Shown here: positions 62,046 through 64,000 of the stretch, piece after piece
How the letters are laid out: each line of letters opens with the position of its first letter
Numbering within the stretch: position 1 is the first letter of the stretch
NCBI GenBank assembly: GCA_023213395.1
Contig: CM041465.1
Coordinates: 245,527,741-245,591,740, forward strand
Source: Cycas panzhihuaensis
Taxonomy: Eukaryota > Plantae > Cycadophyta
Reading direction: 5' to 3'
DNA length: 64,000 nt
Position numbers and translations under genes: made by a program
Notes under the pieces: model-generated
What the model saw: only the letters and a program-made list of their open reading frames with translations
Told to the model about the DNA's origin: nothing
The model's database searches: none

Positions 62046-64000
62046 CGATCTTGGCTTCGGTGAGGAATCTTGACCGGGCAACTTTCACCGACTTGGCGAT
62101 ATGGTGACTCAAAGGCTTGAAGACGTGCTCGATTGTCGGTGAAGAGCGGTGGCAATGTCTTGATTGTACGGTGAGTCTTGTTCAAGACCTTCGAGTTGGC
62201 GATTCGGGCACAGCCGGTCTTGGTTGTGCCTTTGTGATGATGTGGCACTTTGAGTGCTGAGATGGTAGGAGCTCGACTTGGCGAAGCCTTGGTGAGCTGG
62301 AGTCAAGACCGATTTCCTCAATCCGAGTTGAGCTTGGACACTTGAGTTGGTGTCTGATTTCCAAAACAAATGATGAAAAAAAAACTAACAGTGCTTAAAC
62401 AAGCTAAGTTCAGAGACCTTACAGCTCTGATACCAAATGTGGAAAAAGGGCATTAGGCCACATTAGTCCCAAGATCATAAGTACAAGCACAATACTACAA
62501 ATGCATGAAAGCATAAACCATAAAGCACACAAAGAGAAATAGAAGCAAGAGAAAATGATACCCAATATGTGGAGTTGGAATTGGTCCAACCTCCAAATGA
62601 ATAGCAGTTTGATTAGCAAACTGATAGCATAACAATGCAACTCCAACTCTTGTGTGAGACAATGAGGAGAGGTCTCATTATATAGAGTGAAATGAGAGAC
62701 CTAAGGCCTTGGATGTTTGACAAGTGTCAAACATCCAAGATACATGCCTTGCATGTTGGACATGTGTCCTTTTGGGCTCTCATGTGAGCAAAAGTGCATG
62801 AGGGTCCATTTGACCCTTTAGTGACAACGTTGTGTCACTAGAAAGAATGTGGGTGTGCACTTTATCACTTACGTGATAAGTCACCCCTAAAGTAAAAAGT
62901 GCATATATTACATGAAAAATAAAAGTACATTAACTTAACATTTAAACATAAGGTTTATATCTATTTGAAGCATTTGAAAATCAATAAAATAATGAAGTAA
63001 GCCAAAGTTAATCATTTCAAAATCATATTTTGAGTCATTATTGAATCTATAAATGGAAATAATATTAAAACTAATGACGACTATATTATGCACTTAAAGA
63101 ACCAGAAGAAGAATATCATCACCTCAACATTGAAAATAGGGATTGAGACATACATTTATAAAAGTCATGATCAATACATTATTTGTCAATTTTGTCATAC
63201 CAAGCTTTAGGTGCTTATTTCAAACCATACTGGCACTTCTTGTATTTACAAACCAGATTAGAACCAAATTGATAACCAGGATGCTTGGCCATGAAAATTC
63301 TCTCTTTATGATCACCATTCGTAAAAGCACATTTGACATCCATTGATAAAGTTGTAATCCAAATTTAACAATCTAAGAAATAATAAGTTTGATGGTGTTT
63401 ATTTTAATAACTGGAACAAAAGTTTCATTATAATCAAGTCCATCAATCTATGAGAAACTTGTGACAACCAATCTAGTTTTATGTTTTTCAATAACATCAT
63501 TACAATGTTGTTCAATAAATCTATTTGTAATCAACAAGATTCTTATTATAAGGAATGAGAACCAATTTTCATGTAAAAATTTTCATCAAAGCATTATACT
63601 CCTTAGTAAGTATTATCTTTAGTTTTGTTAAAAGATTTAGGATTTTTAAGTTCCACTACCTTTGCCAAGACCAAGTCCTTTCTAGGAGCAAAGGGATCAC
63701 TTGCATAAAAATCAATTAGGGCAAGGGTCTTCCTAACCCATTTAGGTTGTCTTTTAATAACTTAAGTGTTTATGTCAAAATCTACATTATGAAAATCATC
63801 TAGATCACGTTGAGGGCTACAAAGAACTTGAGAGTTAGAAGAAAAGTAGTTAGGACCATTTAAACCAAGAATGCTTGAGCTGAAAGTAATACAATTAGAT
63901 GAAGTATGAGCAATATGACCCATAGTAGTAAGCAAATGAACATTAACATACTCAAGAGAAGTATAAGCATTTGAACCATCATCATTGATCTTGACATCAC

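Larger units (their letters stand above)
55907..62957 (-). mobile_element. Full-length Ty1/copia of the same LTR family as 28919-36613 (7.05 kb)
   Basis: LTRs 62438-62957 (terminal 3 bp missing) and 55907-56427, nearly identical. PBS 62424-62435, PPT atgaggggg, gag-pol between. Confidence 0.95.
55050..64000 (-). mobile_element. Old copia RT/RH remnant split by the 55907-62957 insertion
   Basis: Right flank reads FEMINFGLLHYF..QID and left flank continues NGISISQPKY..LIYLTHTRLDI..RKSTTGYIF. YQWMSNVL (frameshifted QMDVKCAF) at ~63330. Confidence 0.8.

Overview
Gene-free, AT-rich plant heterochromatin made almost entirely of nested LTR retrotransposons. I found no host gene, rRNA, tRNA or CRISPR array. 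Left to right: (1) a degenerate Tat/Ogre-like Ty3/gypsy element (gag, protease, antisense PMD-like remnant, archaeal-type RNase H remnant, PPT, long 3' LTR from 12174). (2) A ~27.7-kb interrupted inverted repeat (12174-39848, centre ~20795). Each arm reads LTR - ~780-bp foldback element - dead copia carrying a tRNA-type SINE at the same site, and the outer ends stop exactly at the LTR's TG. (3) Two younger copia insertions inside the right arm: one 5'-only, one full length with a 6-bp TSD. (4) A full-length chromovirus nested in another gypsy pol. (5) An Athila-like gypsy with an env-like/coiled-coil extra ORF. (6) Old copia remnants in inverted arrangement. (7) A third member of the young copia family nested in an old copia RT. 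Most short ORFs in the track are incidental. All identities and counts are by-eye estimates.
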